This document shows, piece by piece, positions 42,932-52,639 of a stretch of DNA of 64,000 nucleotides. The stretch comes from a virus (taxonomy: Duplodnaviria > Heunggongvirae > Uroviricota > Caudoviricetes). The notes beneath the pieces are model-generated. The model did no database searches. It worked only from the letters and a program-made list of their open reading frames with translations, and was not told the origin of the DNA. The stretch lies in IMG/VR virus record IMGVR_UViG_3300042564_004737; one strand, given 5' to 3'. The translations under genes and the position numbers were made by a program. How positions within the stretch are numbered: the first letter of the stretch is position 1; every line of letters begins with the position of its first letter.

Positions 42932-45144
42932 TATAAAGCAATCTTGTATTTCAAACCAATTTGGCCTGTGCCATCTTGGCCATATGTTGTTGATAAATTT
43001 AGGCTGTGATTGCGCACAGGTGCATAGTCAACACTGGCGCCAACAAAACCAGTGCGTTGGTTACGGATCTGATTGGTTGCGTTGCTGTAGTGCATGACTC
43101 CATCAGCATCAACACTGGTGGGAACTGTCAAGTTGACTGAGCCACTGGTCACAGTAGGCTTGAAGCCAGCATACAAGTTCACACTGTTGTTCCTCCACCC
43201 TGCTACAGCATAGGCACTGCGAATGTCAGACACGCGATTGACCATGGCGTACTGGTATTGGCCCGCAGTGTTCATAACACCTGCCTGTGCCCATGCACCC
43301 GAAGCGTCTGGGCTGTACAACATGCTGAATTCAGCAGTGGTGGAGCCTGCACTTTGTCCCCACATGCCAGAGAAGTTGACCCAAGGATTGTGTGCCACTT
43401 GTGTGACTGTGGCTTGATACTGCAAGGCTTGCCGATGAAGATCAAATGCTTGGCTGCTGACTCCCACACTGATGTTGGCACCCGTGCCACTGATGGTCAC
43501 ACCTCGGGCTGTGACTGAAGGACCTGCAAATTTACTGCTCCAACTTTGTCCCGCAGTCTGCTGCATGTGTTCCACAGGCTGCACAGTGCTGCCAGCAGCA
43601 GATGACAGGTTCACTGTGAAGTCTCGTTCAAAGCTGTCAACAGCCGACACAGCCGACAGCATGCTGGACACTGATGCATCCATCACACCAGCAATGGCCA
43701 AACCGCCGCTGAGTGGCCGCGCTGTGCCTGTTCGACCTGTGACTGAAACGCCCAGCGACCCCACTGGCTGTGTGGCCCTGTTGAGATCCAACAGCCCATG
43801 GCCCATTTGATCTGCGTTGTAGTTTTTTATGTTTTTATTGGCAGTTTTAAACAGCAGCTGAGCCAGCTGATCACCCTTCATGTAGGGCCACAACTGATGA
43901 ACCACAGCCACTGCACCAGATATGGCAGGTGCAGCAAAACTGGTGCCGCTGCTGGTTCGATATGCACCGTCTGCACCCACAGTTTCAATGGCCACACTGG
44001 GCGCCATCAAGAAGAAGTCTTTGGTGCGATAACTGTCTTGACACACCTGATTCACTGACACTTTGCAAATGTGTCCTGCACCGTTGCCCTCCACTGAGTT
44101 GGTGGTGGTGTTCCAGCCACCTGCAATAATCATCTGCCCATTCATCACTAGTCGGCCGTCTCGGCCCACAGCAGACGCAAACACCGCAGGCGACTGCACA
44201 TAGCCTAGGCCTTGATTGCCTGCGGCCACAACCAGCACCATTTGCTTGCCCAACACCGCAGACCAATCAGTTGGTCGTTCCAAGTTGTAGTAGTTGGTGC
44301 CACCGTAGTTGACATGGTTGCTGTAAAAAGTACCGTCAGCCAACCTGTAAACAGATCTGGTGTAGTCAGCGGCATAGTTCACATTGGAACTCAAGTTAGC
44401 CACCACAATGTCTGTGTACTGCTGTGCCCACACCAGTGCTTGACGAGCTGATGCCATGCTGACGCTATTACCCGTGCCAATCTTGGCAATGGCCAGATTG
44501 GCATCGTAGGCCACACCATGCATGCCTTTGCCGTCACGAGCAGCGGCCGCAATGGCTGCCACCTGGCTGCCGTGACCCACTGTGTCCAATATGCTGGTCT
44601 GTGTGTAGTCCACGCTGTATTTGATTTTTCCAGCAAACTCACTGCCAGCCACAGCAATGCCAGTGTCCATCACCATAATGGTCGAGCCCTTGCCAGTCCA
44701 GCCACGAGCATAGGCATAGTTGGCACCCGTGGCTGAGATTGTTTTGCCAGCCTCACTGGTCAAATACCAGCTGGGGTCAAAACTGGGCACTGCTGTAGGC
44801 GTGCCCATGTTGGGGTTGTTGTAGTAGGTGGCCGCGTTGAAATTGGCATCAAACACTAGCCTGGGCACAGTTGGGATCACCGCTGGAGTCACCGCTGGAG
44901 TCACAGTTGGGGTTACAGGCCGCGCAACAGATGCCACGGCGCCAACTGTTGTGGCACTGATTAGGTCCTTGGCTCGAAGCTTGTTGTTGATGTAGGTGTA
45001 TTTCCATTGTTGGTTAATCACCGTGCCATTGGGTTGTTTTACCATGGCAGTGATATACGCATAGCGAACTACATCAGCTGCTACTGCCAGCCCCATGGTC
45101 ATTGCCATCACGGCAATTGCAAAAAATTTCAATACTTTGGTCAT
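42931..45144 (-). CDS. secreted subtilisin-like serine protease (S8) with large C-terminal beta-rich domain
   Basis: signal peptide; catalytic triad blocks 'VMDTGIA', 'HGSQVAAIAA', 'GTSFAAPAISGA'. Confidence 0.7.
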   Translation of the reverse strand: MTKVLKFFAIAVMAMTMGLAVAADVVRYAYITAMVKQPNGTVINQQWKYTYINNKLRAKDLISATTVGAVASVARPVTPTVTPAVTPAVIPTVPRLVFDANFNAATYYNNPNMGTPTAVPSFDPSWYLTSEAGKTISATGANYAYARGWTGKGSTIMVMDTGIAVAGSEFAGKIKYSVDYTQTSILDTVGHGSQVAAIAAAARDGKGMHGVAYDANLAIAKIGTGNSVSMASARQALVWAQQYTDIVVANLSSNVNYAADYTRSVYRLADGTFYSNHVNYGGTNYYNLERPTDWSAVLGKQMVLVVAAGNQGLGYVQSPAVFASAVGRDGRLVMNGQMIIAGGWNTTTNSVEGNGAGHICKVSVNQVCQDSYRTKDFFLMAPSVAIETVGADGAYRTSSGTSFAAPAISGAVAVVHQLWPYMKGDQLAQLLFKTANKNIKNYNADQMGHGLLDLNRATQPVGSLGVSVTGRTGTARPLSGGLAIAGVMDASVSSMLSAVSAVDSFERDFTVNLSSAAGSTVQPVEHMQQTAGQSWSSKFAGPSVTARGVTISGTGANISVGVSSQAFDLHRQALQYQATVTQVAHNPWVNFSGMWGQSAGSTTAEFSMLYSPDASGAWAQAGVMNTAGQYQYAMVNRVSDIRSAYAVAGWRNNSVNLYAGFKPTVTSGSVNLTVPTSVDADGVMHYSNATNQIRNQRTGFVGASVDYAPVRNHSLNLSTTYGQDGTGQIGLKYKIAL

Positions 45145-45201
45145 TGCGGACCTCCTATATGGTTGGTTAAGTATTCATTATAACAAAAGAATATTTTATA
45201 G

Positions 45202-45528
45202 TCAACTGCGATCCAAATGTTCTAATTTATTGGGAACATTTGTCCATTTTTCATGGTCTGGCAGTGGATCTTTTCGTTTGGTTATAGGCGACCATTTTTT
45301 TGCCAATTCTGCATTGATATCCACAAATGCTTGTAAGTGTGCCGGAACATCATCCTCGGCATAGATAGCATTGACTGGACACTCGGGCACACACACTGCA
45401 CAGTCGATACATCCATCCGGGTCGATTGCTAGAAAGTTTGGACCTTCCACAAAACAATCTACCGGACACACCGCAACACAGTCAGTGTGTTTGCAAAGAA
45501 TACATTCTTCGGTTACAACATAGGTCAT
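45202..45528 (-). CDS. 2x[4Fe-4S] ferredoxin
   Basis: two CxxCxxCxxxCP clusters ([26 protein letters not shown]). Confidence 0.75.
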   Translation of the reverse strand: MTYVVTEECILCKHTDCVAVCPVDCFVEGPNFLAIDPDGCIDCAVCVPECPVNAIYAEDDVPAHLQAFVDINAELAKKWSPITKRKDPLPDHEKWTNVPNKLEHLDRS

Positions 45529-46052
45529 TGGTCGATGTACTTCATCACACTCTCGGGGCTAGAAACACCGTAAGGATCTGGATCTGCGGCACTGGAGTCG
45601 GGTTCCACAAACATTTTTTCTACTTTGCAGTTGTTGATCACTGCCGCATAACGACGACTGCGCAGGCCAAATCCAATCTCACTCATGTCAACTGTCATGC
45701 CCATTCCGTCGGTAAAAGTACCGGCGCCGTCTGGGACGACTTTGATATTTTTAATACCCAGCGATCGAGCCCATTCGTTCATTACAAAGGCATCGTTGAC
45801 ACTGATGCAATAAATCTCATCAATGCCTTTGGCTCGAAATTCTTCAAACTTTTGTTCAAAGCCCGGCAGTTGGTATGTGCTGCAAGTGGGAGTAAATGCT
45901 CCGGGCAGACTAAAGACAATCACTTGTTTGTTGGCAAACAAATCCGTGCTTGTTTTAAAAACAAATTCTCCGCCGATCGGGCAACCGCCATCTTCGGGAG
46001 CTTCGTCGCCTTCGCGAAATGCAAATTTTACATTGGGTACAGTTTGTGTCAT
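45525..46052 (-). CDS. peroxiredoxin (Prx5/AhpC-TSA family)
   Basis: '[12 protein letters not shown]' peroxidatic Cys motif; start MTQTVPNV with AAGGAA RBS. Confidence 0.7.
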   Translation of the reverse strand: MTQTVPNVKFAFREGDEAPEDGGCPIGGEFVFKTSTDLFANKQVIVFSLPGAFTPTCSTYQLPGFEQKFEEFRAKGIDEIYCISVNDAFVMNEWARSLGIKNIKVVPDGAGTFTDGMGMTVDMSEIGFGLRSRRYAAVINNCKVEKMFVEPDSSAADPDPYGVSSPESVMKYIDQ

Positions 46053-46068
46053 ATTATTTTCCTTTAAT

Positions 46069-46767
46069 TTAATTACCGTTTCTTGACTGAAGCAAGATAT
46101 TGTCAAAGAATTCCTTCTTTGTTCCTTTGTCGTCCTTGAATGCACCTTTGAGCACTGTGGTCTGTGTCAGACTACTGTGCGCCATTATTCCTCTATTGGT
46201 GCAGCAGCCATGTTCCGCTTCAAGATACACTGCTACATTGTCGCTTTCAGTTGCTTTGGAGATTTCTCGTGCAATGTCATTGCAGAGTTCTTCCTGTAAT
46301 GTACCGCGACGGGCACACCACTGAGCAATGCGAGTGTACTTGCTAAGACCAATAAGTTTTTGAGCAGCAATGATTCCGATATAAGCCACACCGGACACAG
46401 GCTGATGATGATGACTACACATACTACGAAGCTCACTTCTAACCACCAACATACCTTCGTAACGGTCTGCCGAATCATTTGGGAAAGCGGTTGCATCTGG
46501 TGCTGGTTCATATCTACCTGCCATAATTTCATTGAAGTACATTTTAGCAAGGCGGCGTGCTGTACCTTTGCTATTAGGATCATTCTCACGATCAATTAAC
46601 AGTGCATCGAGTACACCCTCAAACGCTACAGTTGCCTCTTCAATAAGATAGTTCTTGTCAAACTCATCTTTAACATACTCGCTGATGTTATCACCAGCCC
46701 AGAAACGCTTGTTGTCGGCTTGCATTCGTTCGCGAAGCACCTGTGCTAAATTTTTACTTGTGTCCAT
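46069..46767 (-). CDS. folE: GTP cyclohydrolase I (FolE)
   Basis: 'RSMCSHHHQPVSGVAYIGI' = FolE CEHH active-site block; start MDTSKNL with GGAG RBS. Confidence 0.65.
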   Translation of the reverse strand: MDTSKNLAQVLRERMQADNKRFWAGDNISEYVKDEFDKNYLIEEATVAFEGVLDALLIDRENDPNSKGTARRLAKMYFNEIMAGRYEPAPDATAFPNDSADRYEGMLVVRSELRSMCSHHHQPVSGVAYIGIIAAQKLIGLSKYTRIAQWCARRGTLQEELCNDIAREISKATESDNVAVYLEAEHGCCTNRGIMAHSSLTQTTVLKGAFKDDKGTKKEFFDNILLQSRNGN

Positions 46768-46832
46768 ACTTTTTCTCCGATGTTGACGCAGTGGATTGCT
46801 TTTGTTGATTGTATAGTATTTAGACTGCAAAG

Positions 46833-47447
46833 TCAATCTACTATGGTAATAGTTCTTAGGTCTGGGTAAGCGACATGCACAGGCACACAGCCTTGGTCCT
46901 TGATTCCTTCCAACATGGCCAGACCTTGAACAGCTTCTTCGGGCGTGGGCTTGTAGTGATATCCAACTTGAAATGTGTGTTGTGCTTGCCAGGGTGATGT
47001 ATTTAGGTCGCGTCCATCATAGCGTTGACGAATCATGATCTCGTATGCTGCTGGATCATCCAACAAGATGGCACCACCACGACCAATATGCAGGGGTTTA
47101 CCGTGTCCAAAACTCAAGCACTGCATGGCACCAGGTCGATACATGTTCTTTTCCAGTCGTCTAGCACTGTCCCAGATTCGAGTGTCATGAATGTGATACT
47201 CACCGGTCCAGACTTCGTTTTCCAGGCCGTACTTGATGCCCAGTTTGTGCATGGTCATGGCCACACTCAGATAGGTAAATGCTGTAAAACTACAGCTTCG
47301 TATCCGGTCATAGCGTAGACAAAGTTCGATGGCATGTGTGCAGCAATCGGTCATGATCACATAAGGTGCGCCGGTGAACTCTGCCAGCGCATGTTCAAAT
47401 TTTAGAATCTTATCAAACATGGGATCGATTGTACCAGGTCCATGCAT
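46833..47447 (-). CDS. hypothetical protein
   Basis: 204-aa ORF. Confidence 0.4.
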   Translation of the reverse strand: MHGPGTIDPMFDKILKFEHALAEFTGAPYVIMTDCCTHAIELCLRYDRIRSCSFTAFTYLSVAMTMHKLGIKYGLENEVWTGEYHIHDTRIWDSARRLEKNMYRPGAMQCLSFGHGKPLHIGRGGAILLDDPAAYEIMIRQRYDGRDLNTSPWQAQHTFQVGYHYKPTPEEAVQGLAMLEGIKDQGCVPVHVAYPDLRTITIVD

Positions 47448-48372
47448 GCGAAATCATGTCATGCAAAGTATGTTTTTGCCATGCGCCGTCCACAGCCATT
47501 CCAAACTTGGCAGCACTGGCAGTAAGTACGGGTGGATCGCCTGGTCGTGCCTGACTAAGTTGAACGACCGCAGCACTGCCAGTGACCTGTTGTGCTGTAT
47601 CAATGATTTCTCTGTTGCTGGTTCCGTTGTTGGATCCAAGATTGTATACGCCTGCTGTGACTTTTGAATCCAGCGCCATGACGTGTGCTCGGGCAATATC
47701 TTCCACATGCACATAGTCTCGTACACAGGTTCCGTCGGGAGTGGGGTAATCAATGCCGTTGAGCACAAATTCTGTACGGTCCCGAATGCTTTCCAGCACT
47801 CGAGCAATGATGTGTGTTGCCCCGGGCTCTTGACCGTGCCGGCCTTGGCTGTCTGCGCCACACGCATTGAAATAGCGAAATGCCACATAGTCTAGACCAT
47901 ATGCACGGTGATAACTTTCCAGGATCTGTTCCACCATCAGTTTGCTTTGACCATAGGGACTTATGGGTTCCTTTGGATCAACTTCATCACACGGAGTCAT
48001 AACAGGGTCACCGTACACTGCTGCACTGCTGCTAAAGATAAATCTGGTTTGCGGCATTGCAGCCATAACAATGTTCAGCAGGTTGAGAGTCTTGACCACA
48101 TTGTTGTTGTAGTAATCACTGGGACGCAGAATGCTAGGGCCAACCAAGCTGGTGCCTGCACAGTGTACAATGGCTGCGGGCCGTACAGAAATCAACTTGC
48201 GATAAGAGTCGTCGCTGTCAAAGTCTGCTTGTACAAAGTCCATAACGTCTTTGAGATGACTTGACAAGGGTCTGCGATCAATACCAACCACAGTGTGCCC
48301 TGCATCTTTCAACAACAGGGCAATTTCGCCACCAATGTAACCAGCAGCACCTGTTACTACAACAGTGCTCAT
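47413..48372 (-). CDS. NAD-dependent sugar epimerase (GalE/UDP-glucose 4-epimerase-like)
   Basis: 'VVVTGAAGYIGGEIALLL' and YxxxK-type SDR pattern, 319 aa. Confidence 0.7.
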   Translation of the reverse strand: MSTVVVTGAAGYIGGEIALLLKDAGHTVVGIDRRPLSSHLKDVMDFVQADFDSDDSYRKLISVRPAAIVHCAGTSLVGPSILRPSDYYNNNVVKTLNLLNIVMAAMPQTRFIFSSSAAVYGDPVMTPCDEVDPKEPISPYGQSKLMVEQILESYHRAYGLDYVAFRYFNACGADSQGRHGQEPGATHIIARVLESIRDRTEFVLNGIDYPTPDGTCVRDYVHVEDIARAHVMALDSKVTAGVYNLGSNNGTSNREIIDTAQQVTGSAAVVQLSQARPGDPPVLTASAAKFGMAVDGAWQKHTLHDMISHAWTWYNRSHV

Positions 48373-49571
48373 GATTCGATCTTTCTCACATGATATTTGT
48401 CTTGTGCCACATGATCACGATATCGATTGCCTGCACGATTCCATTGTTCGCCGCGGCCTTCAATGATATCAACCACACGATCAACTGTGCCGTTGTTCCA
48501 GTCGCTGATCAAGCCCATGTTGTGATGTGGTTCACGCAGCAAGTTTTGCATCTTGTGATAAGCATCATCTATGCTCCAGGGAACATAAAGTCGATTAGGA
48601 TCGTTTGCAAAAGTTTCAGGAAAGCTACGATAAGCAGGATAGAGCACATTAGCTCCAAGAGTGTCAGCTTCCGAGACGGTGTTGCTAACCCAGTCCTGTA
48701 AAGCACAATTGAACAATACACGAGTGTCATTGAGATGATCATAATATTCATTCTTGCTTATGTTGTCATAGATTTTTAACTTGCCGGCTGCTTCCATGGC
48801 TCTAGCACGGGTCACAAATTCAGGATTGTTGCTGCGCAATGCACCGCCGGAGTAGATGGCAAACTCACAAGGCTCCGTGGTGAGTTCACCGTACATCTCA
48901 ATCAGATCCATGAAGAAGCCCGGTTGTTTTTCTTGATCAAACCTAGCTGCAAAACCCACTCGACGAGGGCGTTCTTCAAATGGTCGGACTTTTTCCGCAC
49001 CGCCGATGCGTTCCAGTACTTCTGCCTTGCCGAACGCCAAGCCTGAGATGTTGTAGATAGGAGCAGTCCAGCCTGCAATACGCATGTGAGCAACCATTTC
49101 TTCGTTGGTAGCAAGCACACCTGTCACAAACTCATTGACCATTTTTTCATACAGGCCCATCCACTTTTCCATGCCCCATACATGAACAAAATCATCAGGA
49201 TCAATGGCCTGAGCAAGACAGCGAACATAGATCCTAGGACGCTGATCCGCATCCACTTGATCAAGAATATAAGGCAAGCTCTCGATACCGGGCTGAAACA
49301 TGTCTTCAAAGTAGATCACATCTTCACTTGTGACTTCTCCTCGGCGCATCATTTGCACAAGATTCATCATTTGGCTCATGCCAAAGTAACTGCGGCCGTG
49401 TGCATCCAACACCTGTCCCACGCTGATACTTTGTGTGTTGTCAATGGTGCTGCCTGGAACATAAACTACATCCAACCCTCTACGATCGAACACACGACGG
49501 TTCCATTCAGTCAGTTGTAGAGTGTACCTTGCTTCATACGACTCCAAACCACAATAAAATAGTTTTCTCAT
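48369..49571 (-). CDS. hypothetical protein (possible glycosyltransferase)
   Basis: 400-aa ORF, start created by GGAGTTGAAGAATGA overlap. Confidence 0.35.
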   Translation of the reverse strand: MRKLFYCGLESYEARYTLQLTEWNRRVFDRRGLDVVYVPGSTIDNTQSISVGQVLDAHGRSYFGMSQMMNLVQMMRRGEVTSEDVIYFEDMFQPGIESLPYILDQVDADQRPRIYVRCLAQAIDPDDFVHVWGMEKWMGLYEKMVNEFVTGVLATNEEMVAHMRIAGWTAPIYNISGLAFGKAEVLERIGGAEKVRPFEERPRRVGFAARFDQEKQPGFFMDLIEMYGELTTEPCEFAIYSGGALRSNNPEFVTRARAMEAAGKLKIYDNISKNEYYDHLNDTRVLFNCALQDWVSNTVSEADTLGANVLYPAYRSFPETFANDPNRLYVPWSIDDAYHKMQNLLREPHHNMGLISDWNNGTVDRVVDIIEGRGEQWNRAGNRYRDHVAQDKYHVRKIES

Positions 49572-49855
49572 TCTTCAACTCCAAAAAAATGTTCTCTAAT
49601 GGCCACATAACTATCAACACCGCATTGGACATATCCACCCCAATGCGTGTCCTTCATCATGACTTCATCTTCCAACACAGGTTTGTATTGTTCTTCAACC
49701 TGCCGCAAGCATTCCGTCACAATCAACTCGGCGAACTTTGTATCATAAGATTCCGAATACACTTTCAATGCTTGTTCTCGGTCTGTGATTTTAATCATAG
49801 CATCAAGAGCATATTTTTTAGCCTGTTCGGCAAATTGTTTAATCTTCTCGTTCAT
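49568..49855 (-). CDS. MNEK...FAELIV...FFGVEE small protein, paralog 3
   Basis: shares MNExI..(F/L)AEQA, FAELIV(T/Q)(E/D)C and terminal GVEE* with 8036..8251 and 8248..8424. Confidence 0.55.
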   Translation of the reverse strand: MNEKIKQFAEQAKKYALDAMIKITDREQALKVYSESYDTKFAELIVTECLRQVEEQYKPVLEDEVMMKDTHWGGYVQCGVDSYVAIREHFFGVEE

Positions 49856-50240
49856 TTAGTCCTTGTACTCGGTTCAATACATCTCGATCAATTTGCGCGG
49901 CCATTGCCTGTGTAGCAGTCATGGCATACTTTTTGTCAGGATAATGGGTGTATGCATATTTTTCAGCCGAATCACTAGATCGACCCATGTTATTGACTTT
50001 GTCTTCCATGTCATGCATACGTCTATTTAGATGATTCATGTCTTCGAACAATCTTCTCAGAGGTCCATGGTTGCGACTGTGTTCTGTTTTGATTTCAGGA
50101 CGAGTCAGTAGCACTATCATCATGAGACCGCGCAGCGCATCCATCACACGCGGATCTTGACTGGTCATAGCTTCGTCGAACATGTCAACAAAACGCTCAA
50201 GGTCAAAGTCTGCCAAATCTTTTTCTCTGCTTGCACCCAT
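49839..50240 (-). CDS. hypothetical protein
   Basis: 133-aa ORF. Confidence 0.4.
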   Translation of the reverse strand: MGASREKDLADFDLERFVDMFDEAMTSQDPRVMDALRGLMMIVLLTRPEIKTEHSRNHGPLRRLFEDMNHLNRRMHDMEDKVNNMGRSSDSAEKYAYTHYPDKKYAMTATQAMAAQIDRDVLNRVQGLNERED

Positions 50241-50241
50241 G

Positions 50242-51108
50242 TTAGCATTTCTCCAATAAGTTGTAAAGTGTTCTGGAATCTGTTGGAAACGTATCTAGTC
50301 CATCACACCGTATTTCGTAACCAACTGCTCGTAGTCTCTGTTGCACAATAGCTTCTGCTATGAGGTTAATGGGTTGCCACTCCAGTGGTTGATTATTAAT
50401 AGAGCAATCAACTATACGATCTAACAAGTCAAACTCGTCTACAATGTATTGCTGTTTTTTTGTCCAATCAGCAATAAACAAATCAAGATCGCCGGTCGGT
50501 GTTAAATTAAGAAATTTAAAAATGCGTTTGAAAGTATTCTTAGTATCATACAGTATATCAGTATTGCACACTTTTAAATATGTATCGGGCGCTTGATGTT
50601 GTGACTCAATCCATTCCTGCACCCATGGAACATAAAACAAACTAAACCATTCTCGCAACTCCCATGACTGCATTTGGTCCCAGTGAGTATAATTTTGATT
50701 CCAGTTTACAATGTCATGAGTATTATTGTAACAAAAAATATCAAGGCCGAGGTTTAGTTTTTCACCAAACGCTATTTTGTGATATTGAAATAAAATATTA
50801 AGTTCGGCTGCTCGTAAGGAATCAGCATGTAGTATTATTGTGTTGTGTATGAGCTTATTGTTCAAAAACGCTTGTAGTATTTCAGGAAAATGTTGTTTTT
50901 TAAATGGATATATTGGGGTGGATATATCTACCACAGATTTTGGAGTTATTGATTCCATATCAGTTGGGTGAAACGCTTTTTCAAATGAATGCATAGATCC
51001 ATCCGACAACACTTCTCCATTGACCTTGTTGAATTTGTCTGTATACGACCTTAGCACAAATTCAACAGTTGATCCAAACATTCCTGGAACAAAAAATATT
51101 GTAACCAA
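50242..51108 (-). CDS. hypothetical protein
   Basis: 288-aa ORF. Confidence 0.4.
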   Translation of the reverse strand: MVTIFFVPGMFGSTVEFVLRSYTDKFNKVNGEVLSDGSMHSFEKAFHPTDMESITPKSVVDISTPIYPFKKQHFPEILQAFLNNKLIHNTIILHADSLRAAELNILFQYHKIAFGEKLNLGLDIFCYNNTHDIVNWNQNYTHWDQMQSWELREWFSLFYVPWVQEWIESQHQAPDTYLKVCNTDILYDTKNTFKRIFKFLNLTPTGDLDLFIADWTKKQQYIVDEFDLLDRIVDCSINNQPLEWQPINLIAEAIVQQRLRAVGYEIRCDGLDTFPTDSRTLYNLLEKC

Positions 51109-51111
51109 GAT

Positions 51112-51333
51112 TTAAATATTTCTGTTTAACCTACGAGCATCTTCGGCCCACATGTCACGAGCGTTTTTACCCTGCGTGAACTTGTTGTATTGCTGCCAGG
51201 CATAACTTTTGAAGTTATACAGGTCTGCTTCATTGTAACGATATCCAAAATCGCAACAAAATTCCAGAAAGGTTCCTAGTTCTTCCAGTGCTGCTGTAGA
51301 CTTGGGGTTGGCTTGTACGAGTTGTTTGGCCAT
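51112..51333 (-). CDS. hypothetical small protein
   Basis: 73-aa ORF. Confidence 0.35.
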   Translation of the reverse strand: MAKQLVQANPKSTAALEELGTFLEFCCDFGYRYNEADLYNFKSYAWQQYNKFTQGKNARDMWAEDARRLNRNI

Positions 51334-51372
51334 GATGTTTCTTTTTTAAAGGTTGATGAGATTTAAAAATTT

Positions 51373-51846
51373 TTAAATTTTTAAAGAGAGGTTAGGACGA
51401 GAAAGTTCATACTTGATCAAGCAGCCGTTTTCATTGTCTTCGGATACTTCAATCCACACAGCTCTGTCCGGATATCGCTGTGCAATCTGTATATATATGT
51501 CATCTGCGATCATCTCGCAACTTTTGTAGTCAAGGCTTAGAACGGAATCCGTATTATTGTTATTGTCGGTATGTTTAGGCCGGAACAGGTTTTCGAGCCA
51601 GCGTTTGAATTGGATGAACTCGATGTCCCGGTCATTATGGAACACATCGATCCACACCCTGAAATGAAAGATGTGGCGATGAGGATGGCCCAAAAACGAT
51701 ACATCATATTCATCTCCTGTGGCCAACGCTGGATCTGTCAGCGCCGCAGGGTATTTATGTATGCCTTCTTTTTGGAATGTGACCCAGACTTTGCGTTCGG
51801 CCTTTTCCACGATGCGATCTATTGCTTCTCGTTGTGCTTGTATCAT
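51373..51846 (-). CDS. hypothetical protein
   Basis: 157-aa ORF. Confidence 0.4.
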   Translation of the reverse strand: MIQAQREAIDRIVEKAERKVWVTFQKEGIHKYPAALTDPALATGDEYDVSFLGHPHRHIFHFRVWIDVFHNDRDIEFIQFKRWLENLFRPKHTDNNNNTDSVLSLDYKSCEMIADDIYIQIAQRYPDRAVWIEVSEDNENGCLIKYELSRPNLSLKI

Positions 51847-52133
51847 TTTTGTAGTAGTTCCATGGTTACAATTTTACCCACACTTTCAGACAAGTTTTCT
51901 TCTGGTGTGACAATATATAATTTAGAGCGACGATCCTCTGATTTCCTATGATAATAACTGGTTTCTATCAAGGTGCCGCCCAACACTGTTTGTATTCTAA
52001 AGGTTAATGGGTCTGACAATTCAATACTATCATCATCTCTGCTTCCTAGGGCATAGACTACATCGTTTTCTTGTAGATTGTGGTTGAAATCCCAACCCCA
52101 TTTCATCATTCTTGACCATAACCATCTAATCAT
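51843..52133 (-). CDS. hypothetical protein
   Basis: 96-aa ORF. Confidence 0.35.
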   Translation of the reverse strand: MIRWLWSRMMKWGWDFNHNLQENDVVYALGSRDDDSIELSDPLTFRIQTVLGGTLIETSYYHRKSEDRRSKLYIVTPEENLSESVGKIVTMELLQK

Positions 52134-52639
52134 TTTACTACCTCGTCTTTGTTGTACTGATCCCAGTCAGTGAATGCTGTGCGACTTTGTAATTTGTGTA
52201 CACTGTGACACCACACTCCAGGATTGGTAGCAGCAAAGTCTTTGTCGTCCAGTTTGAGTGTGGCGTTGTAGCCCAGCTGGCGTATGTAAGGCAGCTTGAC
52301 CGATATCATGGGAATGAAGTTGTGATGTTCGGTGAATCCGCTTTCTAACAAGCCTTCCACGGATTTGACATCTATGTCTAGGGTGCATAGATAACCTCGG
52401 TCTAGGAATGGTCCAATCATGTTCTCCCAGTCTAGCCAACCACGAGCATTGATGTCATAGTTGGGAAAACTCTGGTTGGCGCCAAAGTAGATGTGTTCGC
52501 AGCCTGTTAGGTGTGCAGCAATGTCATCCACTGACTGCACACCCACCACAAACAGAGTTTTCTTTCCCAATGCAGGAGTGTGTTCTACTTCTGTTCCAGT
52601 AAAGAACTTTACCGAATCGTCGTGATCTTTTCTAATCAT
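52130..52639 (-). CDS. hypothetical protein
   Basis: 169-aa ORF. Confidence 0.4.
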   Translation of the reverse strand: MIRKDHDDSVKFFTGTEVEHTPALGKKTLFVVGVQSVDDIAAHLTGCEHIYFGANQSFPNYDINARGWLDWENMIGPFLDRGYLCTLDIDVKSVEGLLESGFTEHHNFIPMISVKLPYIRQLGYNATLKLDDKDFAATNPGVWCHSVHKLQSRTAFTDWDQYNKDEVVK

